Below, in pieces: positions 49,090 to 61,999 of a stretch of DNA of 64,000 bases; position 1 is the first letter of the stretch; every line of letters begins with the position of its first letter. Location of the stretch: the NCBI GenBank assembly GCA_963575745.1, contig CAUYUJ010000092.1, forward strand, positions 62,001-126,000, in the 5' to 3' direction. The notes under the pieces are model-generated. The model was not told the origin of the DNA. It made no database searches and saw only the letters and a list, made by a program, of their open reading frames with translations. This DNA comes from Prorocentrum cordatum. Taxonomy: Eukaryota. The position numbers were made by a program, and so were the translations under genes.

Positions 49090-50392
49090 TAAGGCCACGA
49101 TGGGTGTGCGGGACGCATGCGGGCACACCCACTGGGACCTTCGGTGGAGCTCCCTATGGGGCTACGAAGCGTGTGAGGGGTGTGCCGAAATGGGTGTGCG
49201 GGACGCATGCGGGCACACCCACTGGGACCTTCGGTGGAGCTCCCTATGAAACCACGAAGCGTGTGAGGGGTGTGCCGAATTGGGTGTGCGGGACGCATGC
49301 GGGCACACCCACTGGGACCTTCGGTGGAGCTCCCTATGGGGCAACGAAGCGTGTGAGGGGTGTGCCGAAATGGGTGTGCGGGACGCATGCGGGCACACCT
49401 ATCGGGACCTTCGGTGGAGCTCCCTATGGGGCCACGAAACGTGTGAGGCGTGTGCCGAAATGGGTGTGCGGGACGCATGCGGCCACATCCACTGGGGCCT
49501 TCGGTGGAGCTCCCTATGGGGCCACGAAACGTGTGAGGGGTCACAAAACGCGTGAGGAGTGTGCCGAAATGGGTGTGCGGGACGCATGCGGGCACATCCG
49601 CTGGGGCCTTCGGTGCAGCTCCCTATGGGGCTACGAAACGTGTGAGGTGCGTGCCGGAAATGGGCGGGGAACCGCATGCGGACCCTGCCACTGGGGCCTT
49701 CGCTGGAGCTCCCTATGGGGCTACGAAGCGTGTGAGGTGTGTGCCCGAAATGGGCGGGGAACCGCATGCGGACCTTGCCTGTGGGGCTTTCGGTGGAGCT
49801 CTTTATGGGGCCACGAAGCGTGGAAACGTGTGAGAGGTGTGCCGAAATGGGCGGGGAACCGCATGCGGACCCTGCCACTGGGGCCTTCGGTGGACCTCCC
49901 TATGGGGCCACGAAACGTGTGAGGGGTGTGCCGAAATGGGTGTGCGGGACGCATGCGGGCACACCCACCGGGACCTTCGGTGGAGCTCCCTATGGGGCCA
50001 CGAAACGCGTGAGAGGTGTGCAGAAATGAGTGTGCGGGACGCATGCGGGCGGCAGCACTGGGGCCTTCGGCGGAGCTCCCTATAGGGCCACGAAACGTGT
50101 GAGGGGTGTGCCGAATTGGGTGTGCGGGACGCATGCGGGCGGCAGCACTGGAGCCTTCGCTGGAGCTCCCTATGGGGCCACGAAGCGCGTGAGGGGTGTG
50201 CCGAATGAGTGTGCGGAAAGCATGCGGGCGGCAGCACTGAGGCCTTCGGTGGAGCTCCCTATGGGGCCACGAAACGCATGAGGGGTGTGCCGAATTGAGT
50301 GTGCGTGACGCATGCGGGCGGCAGCACTGGGGCCTTCGGCGGAGCTCCTTACAGGGCCACGAAACGCGTGAGGGGTGTGCCGAACTGGGTGT
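49090..50392 (+). repeat. 90-bp tandem satellite, ~14 units, three sequence subtypes, hairpin-forming
   Basis: TGGGTGTGCG recurs at 49101, 49191, 49281, 49371 and 49461. Conserved core CCTTCGGTGGAGCTCCCTATGGGGCCACGAA. Confidence 0.96.
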
Positions 50393-50393
50393 C

Positions 50394-50745
<352 letters not shown>

Positions 50746-51375
50746 GGGAGGAGGGAGGGGGCAGCGGGAAGGAACGCGGGGCGACGTCTCTTCAAAACGA
50801 GGACCCAACACCACAGGATATTTGGGAAAAACGACGATGGCGGGGGCGTCGACGTGCCGATCGGCGTTCGGCAGAGACCCCGCCATCCATCGTGCAGGCC
50901 CAGCTTTTTGCGACAGCATCCCCCCGGTCCCATATTTCCCGAGCTCCCGTTAAAGCAGGCCGAGTGGGCAGGGCGGGAAAACCTGAGTAGGGGACATGGC
51001 GCCTTCTTATCCGCAACCCCCCCCACCCCGAGCCTCCAGAGGCCGAGCTGTCGGCCAAGAGGCTGGGGCTCGGGTTGGGGCTGGGGTTTCGGCGGCGCCG
51101 AGTCTCCTCCTTCGTGTTTTCCCTCCTCTCGGTTGTCCCTCTTCTACATCGGCGCCGCCTCAACCCTTCTGGGCACCGCGCCCTTTTTTTGGATTAATTT
51201 TCTGCTCTTAGAGTGGACTTGGAACTCGGCCGTGAAACGGTGAAACGGAGGAGGAGGAGGAGGAGGAGCAGGAGGAGGAGGAGGAGGAGGAGGAGGGAAG
51301 AGGAGGAGGTGACGCCATGCCGACGACGACGACAGCGACGACGACGGAGAGGATGATGATGACGAGGAGGAGGTG

Positions 51376-51418
<43 letters not shown>

Positions 51419-54400
51419 ACCAGGCCAAGGCCATCCCCCAGACCAGCAACCCCCCCAGCGCCCGACCATCCCCCCCAGCCCCACCCCCAAGGAGCTGGAG
51501 TTAGGTCACCCCCAGGGACGCGAAGAGAATCGCGCTTCGCGTCGCGGCCTCGATCGGAAAGCTGGCCGTCTCTTAAGCGAGGAGAGCTGCACATCGCAAG
51601 GCGTGGTGCGCGAGGTGAGGTGACCCAGAGGAGGTTCTTCGCCGCATTCTGTATCGCGGAGGCCTTGCTTCGGGCACCAGGGCCGTGGGGGATCGATCCT
51701 GGATTGAGGCCGGGCCAGGATGTACCCTAGGAGGGGGTCAGGGGGGCGATGTTGAGCGAATCTTGATCCGGGGGTGATGAACTGGTGAACCACACTCATG
51801 CGGGCACAACTGGTCCTCCTCCTCCTCCTCCTCCTCGTCCTTGTCCTCCTCCTCGTCCTTCTCCTCCTCCTTCGTACTCTCCTCCTTCTCCTCCTCCTGA
51901 TTATCCTCCTCCTCCTCCTCCTCCTTCTCCTCCTCCTCCACTTCCTCCTACTCCTCCTCCTCCTCCTCCTCCTCCTCCTCCTCCTCCTCCTCCTCCTCTT
52001 CCTCCTCCTCCTCATTCTCCTCCTCCTCCCCAGCCTCCACCCGAGCGCGCGAATTGGGAGGTGAGGCGGAGGGGGAAGCACCCAAGGATTACCCCAAGCC
52101 GACTGCCTCGGGAACGCTACCCCGTGTTTTTTTTTTTTTTTTACTTAGGTTGCCGCACTTCAGTAAGACGCTGGAGGATCCAGTGACCCATCTTAATGGG
52201 GTGTTCGCCCTACTCACACTTGTGCTTTTTGCCGTGGTCCCACTATGGCAATATCCCTCCTTAGCCCTGCAGCCGCATCTCGCACAAACCCGACGGGGCT
52301 CATAAACCGCAAGCGCATGGGTCCAATGAGCGATGCGAGAGCCTATGGCTACAAGAACGCTTTGCTGGGGCTGGGGCGTAGGGGGGCCAGGGCACTCGGG
52401 GAGGTGGAGGAGGAGGAAGAAGAGGAGGAGGAGGAGCGAGGAGGAGTTGGAGTGAGGAGGTGGAGGGAAGAGGTGGAGGAGGTTGGGAGGAGGAGGAGGA
52501 GGAGGAGGAGGAGGAGGAGGAGCGGGGGAGGAGGAGGACGATGCGGAGGAATACGTCAGTACTCTGAGCAGGGAGAATGGGGAAAAGAGGAGGAGCAGGA
52601 GCAGACGAAGGGCAAGTAAGAGTAGGCGGTGAAGCAGGAACAGGCGCAGGAGCAGGAGGTGAGCTTTTTATTCAAATGTTTTGCCGGTCGGCGCGGGCGC
52701 TCGCACCCTCCACTCACCCCCCTCCCCTCCCGTGAAGTGGGTCTTGGCTGTTTTTGGCGCCTTTCGAGCATGGGAGTCTCCCCCAGGGGAAGCACGGTTT
52801 CAAACAGTCGCACTAAGCAGAGGTCCGGGAGCCAGACCGCCCCCCCCCCTCCGCCCCCCCTTCCGCCCAATGTCGAAACGCCGAATAACAAAACGCTCAC
52901 GAGCAGGAACAGGAGGTCATGGGTCGGAGGCAGCAGGTGAGGGAGGAAGAGCAGCAGCAGGATGCGGATGAGGACGAGGATGCCTCACAACCCTCCCCCG
53001 TCCATATCTCTTTCATGTCCATGACAGTCGGCCCTGAGCCGAAGTGGGGGCCTGAAGCCCTGCGTGGGTAGGGGTTTTCCCACAGGCGTGTTGCCACGCC
53101 CCTTCTGAAGCATACCCCAGCAGCCATGCCTGTGCCATTGCGGACCCCCCGGCTGCCCAAGGATCGAGTCGAGCCGAGAGCGAGAGGAGCAGGAGGAGCA
53201 GGGGGAGGCTGGGCATGTGGCACCAGGGGAAGGCCGAGGCAGGAGGAGGCGGAGGAGGAGGAGGAGGAGCACCAGGAGAAGCCCGGAGCAGGAGGAGACG
53301 GGTGAGGCTGGGCATGTGGCTTCTCTCCCCCGTCGGCGAAAAGGCTGAGGCGATCGCAAACATGGATCAAGGGGGGGTGGATTAGCTACGGGTCCCGCTT
53401 CCACGGGAAATCGCGGATTTCCGCCGCCGAGCGAGGCGGCACCGGCCGCATTTTGGGGAGGGCACCTCCCCCGATCCATGGATTTGGCGACCGCGCGCTA
53501 AATCCATGGATCGCTAACCTATGTTTGCGCGCCCTCGAGAGTAGCACCAGGAGAAGCCCGAAGCAGGAGGAGACGGGGGAGGCTGGGCATTCGGAGGTTG
53601 ATGGACCTCCTACCCTGACACGTCGATTAGCGAATTGGCCGTTTTCGGTTCGCGAGACGGCGTCGCGGCCGTCATTTTTGCGGGTCCAAATCCCACTACA
53701 GGGAGGTTTGCTAAAGGGAGGTTTGTCCTCCGTTGAGGTATGTGGCGTCTCTCCCCCCTGTCGGCGAAAAGGCCGCGCGCGCTCCTGGCAGGATCCGTGA
53801 GGGCTTGGGGGGTGACCCAGAGGGCCCCACGGCTTAGAGGAGATCGTTGATTGGCCAGTCGATAGAGATATGGCCGGCCGATCGGCCCCTCAACCACGGT
53901 CACACTTCAACTATCCCCATTATCTTGTTCTCCTGCTGCTGCTCTTCCTCTTCCTCCAATCCTCGTCCTTGTACGGACATCCGCCGTTAATCATGATGGT
54001 AGGGCGGCCCGCGCGCGTCTTTCCTGATCCTCCTTCACGTTGTGTGATCCTGCGGCTAAGAGTTCCAAGGATCAGAGTTATGCAGGGCAGGTCGTTCGCA
54101 AGACACGGTTCTGGCCTCCTGGGGCCCTGGGGCGTTCCTGCGTTCTACGGCTCCGATGTTGGACATCCCCGTCAGTTTCACGGATGCATGGTGGGTAGTT
54201 TCCAAAGTTTGTTCGGGTTTGAGACGTTCTTACGTTCCCTTGCGGTAGAGCTTCAAGGTTACAACGCAAAACATGACCACGAGTGGAATGACGGAGGGCT
54301 GATTTTTTTTTCACTGGGGCGTTGCGAGCAAGTTTCTTAAACGGCTCTCTCGTCTAGTCTCCGCACCCTCGTCGTTCCCCCTCACTCGCCCCCTCGCCTC

Positions 54401-54709
54401 ATTCTCACTCCTCTCTCCTCGTCATCCTCCACCCTGCTCTTCAATCCATCCTCCTCCCTCCATCCCTCGGCGTCCTTCTCCCACGGTGTCCCCCTCCTCG
54501 TTGCCGTTTTTCCCTCCCTCCTCTTCCCTTCGCGGCGACAGGACCAGTTGCAGCTGGCCGATATACGTGTGCTAACGCCTTGGCTTGGGTGGGATTGCTT
54601 CCGATGTCGTGCCCTTGCAGCAAGGACTACAGTCGGGCCGCTGAAGAAGGAACCCTTTGCGTTTGGGAGGGGCTCCGTGCTCCTTAGTTGTTTTACAGTG
54701 CTCCCTGGG

Positions 54710-55052
54710 TTTTCCGAAGGTTCTCCATGGAAAATCGGAGTTTAACTCCTGCGAAAAGGGGGCCTCGTTCCTTATTGATCGTTCCTTAGGTCAACGCCCC
54801 GACTGTATCTGGGCGATCCCCCTCTCCCGGGCAACTTCCACTCCCCCATGGGAGACAGCCCATGCCGGAAGGTCGGCCTCAGGTTTTCCTCATGTTTTCG
54901 ATGGGAATTCGAAGTTAAATTTATGGAAAAAGGAGCTTCGTTCCTTATTTAGGGTTCCTTAGGTCAACGCCCCGACTGTATTTGGACGATCCCCCCTCTT
55001 CCGGGCAACCTCCGCTCCCCATGGGAGACGGCCCATGCCGCAAGGTCGGCCC
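54710..55052 (+). repeat. Tandem duplication, ~175-bp period
   Basis: GTTCCTTAGGTCAACGCCCCGACTGTAT...CCCATGGGAGAC..CCCATGCCG..AAGGTCGGCC occurs twice. Confidence 0.8.
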
Positions 55053-55149
55053 GCCGGTGCCCTGCCAGGCGCCCCAGCGCCGGGCACGGCAGAAGAGAAG
55101 ATGCATTCCTCGTCCGCTGGCGGACAGCATCTCCCGAGTGCTACGCAGG

Positions 55150-55362
55150 TCTGGACGCCCGAAATGGGTACGGAAAGAATGGGTACAATGCCCAACAGCA
55201 GTTCCTGTTCGTTTTGAACCGGACTCGCTGTCGGTGTCGCCGCGGCCTGTCTCCATTCGAGACAGGAGGCCGCCGGCCCAACAGCGGCCGCTGTAGGTTT
55301 GGGACAACATTTGTTGTTGGGCATTGTACCCATTCTTTCGGTACCCATTTCGGGTGTCCAAA
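55150..55362 (+). mobile_element. 213-bp MITE, copy 2
   Basis: Same length and highly similar to 11479-11691. Flanks GCAGG / GCAGA. Confidence 0.9.
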
Positions 55363-56583
55363 GCAGAGCGCATGTTAAGTCGTGCCTGTCTCCTTCCCCA
55401 GGAGGATTGTTTAAAAAATAGTGAAACATACTCGGGGAACGATTGGTGGACTACGTTTGGCCATTTGGGAGCAGCGTTTGACTAGTTATTTCTTGTCTTT
55501 CGTCCAAAATCCGCCTGTAGGAGGACATTCCCGACCTAATGGTAGCCTCTCTTCTCACCCCCTGCTCTGGCACAGGTGCCCTCCAGCGTCTTGCACATGG
55601 CGGCAGCCAACAGCACGTTTCTCAGTGCAGCGTTCTCGCGCACAGAACTCTCCCAGGCGTCCACAGAGTTGTGGATGCCATTTGGCCCTCAATTCTGCCG
55701 AGTGCGAAATCATGCTCTGCGCAGCTGGGAAACATGGCCGCGGACCGTTGCGCAATGGGCAACTTTCCATCGTGCTTTCCTTCGACTGGCCCGACGATGG
55801 CCCAAATGCTTGGTTCTAGCAAGAGCGCGCCTGATTTGGCCCCCCTGATCTCCACGATCGACATGCACACTTGAATATTCATTTTGGCAGACACATTTGG
55901 AGTTGTCAGGTCAGTGCGCTGCGCCGCGTTTGCCAGATGCGTCGCCCTCGAGCAGGCCCATGCGGTCATGAGGCACAGCCGCAAGATCAAAGAAACCGCT
56001 TTACGCAGGCAGAAGGCCACCGTGCCATATGGTGGCTGGGCAGCAGGTCCGCGGCATGAAATGCAGCCCTGACCGTAGGGAAACGCCAGTGTTTTTGGCC
56101 ACGCTGCACCGTCAGTTGATGAAGCCATCTCCATGCTTGGTGCAGACTGCCACGCGGGGCACGGCACACACCTGTAAGTTGCACGGCGCGGATTGCAGTT
56201 GTTTGCAGCATTCGGTTTGTTTATGACGAGGCAAATTTCGGCTAGGCTGCCCCATGTCGCACGCCACGATATGCGTTGGTACCAGTAACCACGCACGATA
56301 CAGACTTGCCATGGACCAGCGCCAACGTTTGCCAAAGACACGCTTTCCTCCATTTGCGATACTGTTCTGTCCGTCCATTGCCAGCAAGGCCCAGGCAACC
56401 ACATCCGAAAGCATGCGCTGTATTCACGAAAGGGCTTCGCCTTCGAGGACTGGCGGAGTTGCCACCTCTTCCTCGGCGGAAGCGGCGAAAGGTTGGCGGA
56501 AGGTGGCACAGGCAAAACGAGGCCGCTTCCGCCGGCGCATGCTCGGCGGAAGCCGTCGGGAGTAAACATCTGTTTCCCAAGTT

Positions 56584-56601
56584 GTGTTTTGTGTTTTTTT
56601 C

Positions 56602-56636
<35 letters not shown>

Positions 56637-56850
56637 CGTGCGTGTGTGTGCGTGCGTGCGTGCGTGCGTGCGTGTGCGTGTGTGCGTGTGTTTGTGTGTG
56701 TGTGTGTTGTGTGTTGTGTGTGTTGTGTGTGTGTGTTTGTGTGTTTGTGTGTTTGTGTGTTTGTGTGTGTATGTGTGTGTATGTGTGTGTGTTTGCGTGT
56801 GTGTTGTTTCCCACAGTGTGTTTTTTCCCCACAGTGTGTGTGTGTTTTTC
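56584..56850 (+). repeat. (GT)n-rich microsatellite
   Basis: Seen directly. Confidence 0.9.
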
Positions 56851-57429
56851 CCACGGTGCGTTTTTTTTCCCAGGAAAGGTCCAAGTTTGTGTTGGTTCAG
56901 TGTTTCTTGAAGCCGCCACGTGTGTGCCATCACCGGGCGGCTCTGCGTCGCAACCCTCTAAGCAGCATGCCGTGGCGAGCTCCTCGCTGCGGCCGCTCCC
57001 ATAATCGGTTCGCTTCCCCGTCCAGGGCCAGCGCCAGTGACTTCTGCAGAACCGAGCGTGCTACGATACTCGTTTTCCTTGTTCGAACTCCTCTACACAC
57101 ACCCACACACAGCCACTTTTCGGCGTCGCTTCCTCGCGCACAGCGTCGAGGCGTAGAAGGTCGAAAGGCGAAGAACGCGCGCGCGCAGGCCGAGAACGCG
57201 AGCTAGGCGGCGACGAGGAGTGCGCCCACCACGGCACGCAGACATTCAACGACAAGGGAGACCACGTGGCGAGCACGGGCGGCATTGCGGGCAGGATTTG
57301 CAACGTGGTGCGGGCGTTCGACAGTATTCTGGGCATGATCGACGCAGAGAGCAAGCACCAGTGCACAAGCGACAATATCAGACGGACGTGATCAAGTTTC
57401 AGGGTTCGCTACACCACTGGCCCTCATGG

Positions 57430-60400
57430 ACGGCATGGGTCACCCGATCAAGGGCCTCCTGATGCGGGTGCTGGATGCGCCCCTCACCATCGACACCGTT
57501 AGGGCCCCAGACACTAAGACTGCGGCCAGCGCCCGCGCGGATGAGTGGGAGCAGGCCCTCATGAGCGAGCGGAGCCGCAAGTCCAAGTTCAAACTGGGAG
57601 TGAAGTACCCACGCTCGGCGTGCCTGCTGCACAAGGCGTGCGCCTGGAGGGCCGCGTGGGGCCCCCCGGGGGTTCGGTCAGCAAGCAGCCCTTGGCCACC
57701 CACCCGCAGCAGGCGGTGGAGCAGGAGGCTGCCGCACTGGCGGGTGCATGGTAAGCTGAGCAGGGCCCGCACGGCAAGCTTTGGACGGCAGCAGGGCAGA
57801 CCATGGGCAAGATCGAGGCCGACGGGCCGAGGGCAGGCTGCAAGGCCTACCAAGAGCGCGCCAGGGTCATAGGCGGGCGTCCTCGACACTGGAGCTGGTT
57901 AAGCAACGACCTTCTGGACTATTTGGGCGTCCTCTTGGAGCGGTGCGAGAGTGGCCAGACGACGTCCACCACCTGGTCATTTTCATCCTGGGCAAGCGCG
58001 ACGGAGGTGGCAGGCCGATCTGTCAGCTCCCTACGCCCGCGCGTGTTTGGGAGGGCGTTCGGGCCGCCCATATGGAGCGTTGGGAAGCCCAGCGCTGCAG
58101 GAGCTACGACTGGGCAGCTCCAGGCCGAAGCAGCGAGCAGGCAGGCTGGCGGGTTCTGCTGGACGGCGAGTCCTGGGAAGACAACGGCTTCAGCTCTGTC
58201 AGCGCCTGCCCTGCTGGACATCACCATGCGAGACGGTCCCTCTCAACCTCCTGTGGGTCTTCGCGGAGGTCATGGAGTGCCCCATGGACGTGGCCAGGCT
58301 GGCCTTGGAGGCCTTCGCGGCCCCCCGCTACATCAGACGGGAAGGGGCGGTCGCCGAGCCCATCGCCGCGCTCGTGGGGTTGCCAGCGGGCAAGTACTCG
58401 AACAAGTTGCTGAAGGTCTTTCTCGATTAGGCCTTGGACCTTGTGCACAAAGGGTTCCCCGCTCTCGTGCATCGCGAAGTACGTGGGCGACGTCGCCCTG
58501 ATGATGGTCCACTCAGCCAAGCAACTCATGACGGAGTTTCTGGGAGCGCCTTAGTTCCTGGCGATGGCGCTGGAGGAGGTGATTGGGCTTCCCTTGGTGA
58601 GGAGGCCAGGCCCAGGCGGAAAGTGCGAGTCCGTGACGAGCGCCGCGAAGGCCATGGAGGTGCCGCGCGAGCCCGCGAGGCGGCTCGGCATCCTCGAGGG
58701 CAGCGCGGAGGCGCGGCTGGGCATCGACTACATCCCGTAGCCAGCTCGCCGTCGGCGCGCCCGCCGCCAGCGGCGCCTCGCGACCGCCCGTTCGAACTGG
58801 CGCAGGGCAGCCTGGCTCAGAAAGCGCGGGGTGAAGGTGAGGTGTTTCGCGGGCCAGGGCGCGGCCCCCCCCCTCGCCCACGGCGCCGCTCGCGAGAACG
58901 CGCCGCTCCGCGTCCAGAAGTTCCTGTGCGACAAGCTCGGGGCAGCTCGGACGGGGGCGGGGCCGTTCCGCCCGGCGACGCTCAACGCGGCGATTGAAGG
59001 GGGCCAGGTGGCGGAGCGCGCGGGGCTGGCGCCGCGTCCGGCGCGGGCGCGCTCGCGCTGGGAACGCCCCGGCACGGGCGAAAGCACGAAGAGAGTCCGG
59101 GCCAAGCAGCGTCGCACCGTCGGCCCCCTTTCGCGCAGCGACATCTCGCCCATGGAGCGGTGGTCTGAGGTGGGGGGCCCAGCGGGGGCCACCCTGGTCG
59201 CGCGTCGCGACAGAGGTTGGCGCATGAGCGACCACCGTCAGCTCGCGATCGGCAACGAGCGGCTCAACCAGAGCGAGAAAGCCCCCCCCCGGGCGCTGTC
59301 AGCGAGGCCAAGGGGGCGATCGGGGAAGCCGCGCTGGAGGCCCGGCCCAGCGCTCCCACTCGGGAGGCGTGGCGGCCGCGCCCTTGGGTCGCACCACTGC
59401 GGCAGGTCACGCGCAATTAGCTGTCGCAGAGCTGGGGCGCCCGCCACCGCGGCGCCGCGAACGCGGCCGCCCTCGGCGGCCCCCTTGAGCAGCGCGCCCT
59501 TTTCGCCGAGGGCAGGGCCGACAGCGCAATTCCCCCGTTTTGCGGCGCCGAGGGAGGCGCCGACGCGCGCCTGCACTGGCGGCGCCGCGACCCCGAGCGC
59601 CAGGGGATCCGCGAGAAGCTACCGATCCGGGGCCCGACGCGAACTTCCGTGACATCTCCGCGCGGGGCGAGCCGGCGCAGGACTCGCGGTTGTGGTCGCG
59701 CGGCCTGGCGGCGGGCCCCGCGGTGGAAGCGCGCCGGCGGCTGCTCGAGGCCGAGCTCCACCGGGTCAAGTTCAAGCCTGGCGGCCCCGCGCACTTCAGC
59801 TGGAGCATCGCCTCCGACGGCTCGGCGGCCAACCCCAGCTGGCCGAGGCTGCGCGCGGGGGGCCGGGCGGCCGTGGCGCACGACAACAATGGGCTGGGGC
59901 AGGGCCTGCGGGGCCCGCTACCTGCCCCCGCGACGCGCAGCCTGACCCCCGAGATCTGGGCGATGATCATGGCAGTCCAGCGCGCGAGTTTCCTCCCGGA
60001 GGTGATCATTGGTGGTGGTCGACGGCTTGCTGGCCAGGCGAGCTCGCCGCTGCGGCGGTGGCTCAGTGGCCACCCACTTGTGGCGCCACCTTTGGGGCCT
60101 GCTGGAGGACAGGCAGCTCGCGCCCGGCGGGGACCTTGCGGTCACAAAGATCCAAGCCCACGCCTCGAGGGCGCAGCGGGAGGGGATGTCGGCCGGGCAG
60201 CAGGCGAGACGCGTTCAACGATGTGGCCGACAAGTACGCGAAGATGGGAGTTGCCGCTTGCCCCGTGCCCGCCTCGGCAGCGGCGCACGCGGGGGCGCGC
60301 AGCGAGCGCGTCAGGCGCGTGCTGGAGTACGTGGCCAGCTTCCGCGCACCCCTGGCGGGGTCGGGGGCCGCCGCGGCCGCGGCCAGGTGCCCGAGGAGCG

Positions 60401-60950
60401 GGGCCCAGCCGAGGCGCAGGCAGCCGCCGTCCAGGGGCCACTCCCCGGTGGGCGCGCGGGCACCTCGTGGCGGCGCAGCGCTGCAAGGCCCACTGCAAGT
60501 CCGCAGCGGGGCTGAAGAGTCTGCATGACGAGCGGCGCCGCCCAGGCGCGGAGGCGGCGAAGGCGAAGTTGCAGCAGCAGCAGCAGCAGCGCCCCAGGCG
60601 TGCGGGCGCCCATCGCAGTCAGAAGGCGGGCCCAGGCGATGGGGGAGCCGCCGCAGCTGGAACGCCCACCAGCCTCAGCGGCGCCGCCGCCGCCGCCACC
60701 AGCATCGCCACGGAAGCACACGCGGGCGCGCCGCGCGGACTACACCGTGCGCCGCGTGCGCGGCGCCTTCTACCGTCGCCAGCTCCGCCGTGCCAAGAGA
60801 GCATGCGTGAGCTGGGCAGCACCAGGAGGGACAACGAGAGGCGCCGTCGGCGTGATCGGATCCTGAGCGGGCACGACCCATCCACGAACGCGAAACCAGG
60901 GGATCTGCTCGGTGATGGACATGCCGCAACAGCGGGAGGCGCCCCAAGGT
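57430..60950 (+). mobile_element. Decayed, 5'-truncated or deleted non-LTR retrotransposon (RT-RNase H-C-terminus)
   Basis: RT: LGKRDGGGRPICQLPTPARVW..WAAPGRSS, CETV, GLPAG, KYVGDVAL. RNase H: IASDGSA..PEIWA, KIQAH, FNDVADKYAKMG. C-terminus: RDRILSGHDP. Many frameshifts and no APE motifs seen. Confidence 0.85.
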
Positions 60951-61999
60951 GAGTGAAGGTTGGATGGTGTGCTTGGGTTCATATCTTTCCGTTTCCGGGG
61001 GCTGCGCCCATTCCGCACGGCCCCCGTCTTTGGCACCGTCCGCGGTGTTTTGGCGAGAGCTTGAGTCGTTTGCACATTCGTTCGGCGCGTGAGCTTGCGG
61101 CATTCTGCACGAGCGTCTGCACTTGATCGTGCGACACTGCGCGCGTGCGTGCAGTGAGCAGCGGGACTGATGGTTCTTGCTGCGAAAGGGCCGAGGCGCG
61201 GCGTGGACGCCCGTCGGGTGAAAGGGGGCACACACACACACACACGCCCAAACTACACCAGGGAAAGCAGCAATATCCGAACGTACGGTGCGTTTTTTGT
61301 ACGCTTCCCATCGCCACATAGACCAGCTTCACCGAGTCTATCAGACATCCCCGACTCTCAATTGAAAGCCACTTGGGCCTGGTATTGCCGCGGCGTGCAG
61401 CCAATTGCTTCAAGATAGCGCTTATGTTCCTCGCGTCCGGAGGCATCCGGCAGCATAGGTCGCCATGTACTGATGTGTCCAGCCCCCCCTCAGCAAGACA
61501 AAAAATCCCTGGCCCACTCTTCCTCACTTTCTCCCTTCATCCCCCGCCCCATCCACCTCCTCATGCCCCCCTTTTGCTCGATGCCGCGGATCAGGTCGTC
61601 GTGATGGCGGGGGTCCTCGACCCCATCCTTCGTCCTCCCCTTCCCCGTCCCCCCTTCCCCCTACCTTCCTCCCCACCCTCCCTAGACCTCGTGCTCATCC
61701 GTGAGCGCGAGCGAGGGCAACCTAGAATCCTAGAGTCCCTCCGCTCCCGAACCTTTTCCCGGGCATGCTGTGTGGCCCTCACGCCCACAGCGTCAGACTC
61801 CCTGGCCTCTTCCACTTCCATCTCCTCGACCGCGTCGCCCTCCGCCCCATGCATCTCCCCATCCCTCCCTCTTCCTTCTTTTCCTCCTCCTCCTCCTCCT
61901 TCCCCTATTTCACTTGCCGCTCCATCCTCCCAGGGTGTATTATGTAGGGCCTAGTGTAGGCCACCCTGGTTCGAGGGCCGACGCTTGCCTGTTTCTGGA

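Noticed and set aside
49090..50392. CRISPR array or hammerhead-ribozyme satellite
   Set aside because: Whole units repeat with no unique spacers, no cas genes are present, and I see no CTGANGA core in the consensus unit.
55400..56570. Lower-GC unique region as a gene or transposase relic
   Set aside because: No frame gives a recognisable domain, and the long ORF begins in a GT microsatellite.
56880..57050. Degenerate SL and ORF1 finger for the third LINE
   Set aside because: GTGTTGGTTCAG and WRAPRCG..N are too weak, and there is no room for ORF1 plus APE before the RT region.
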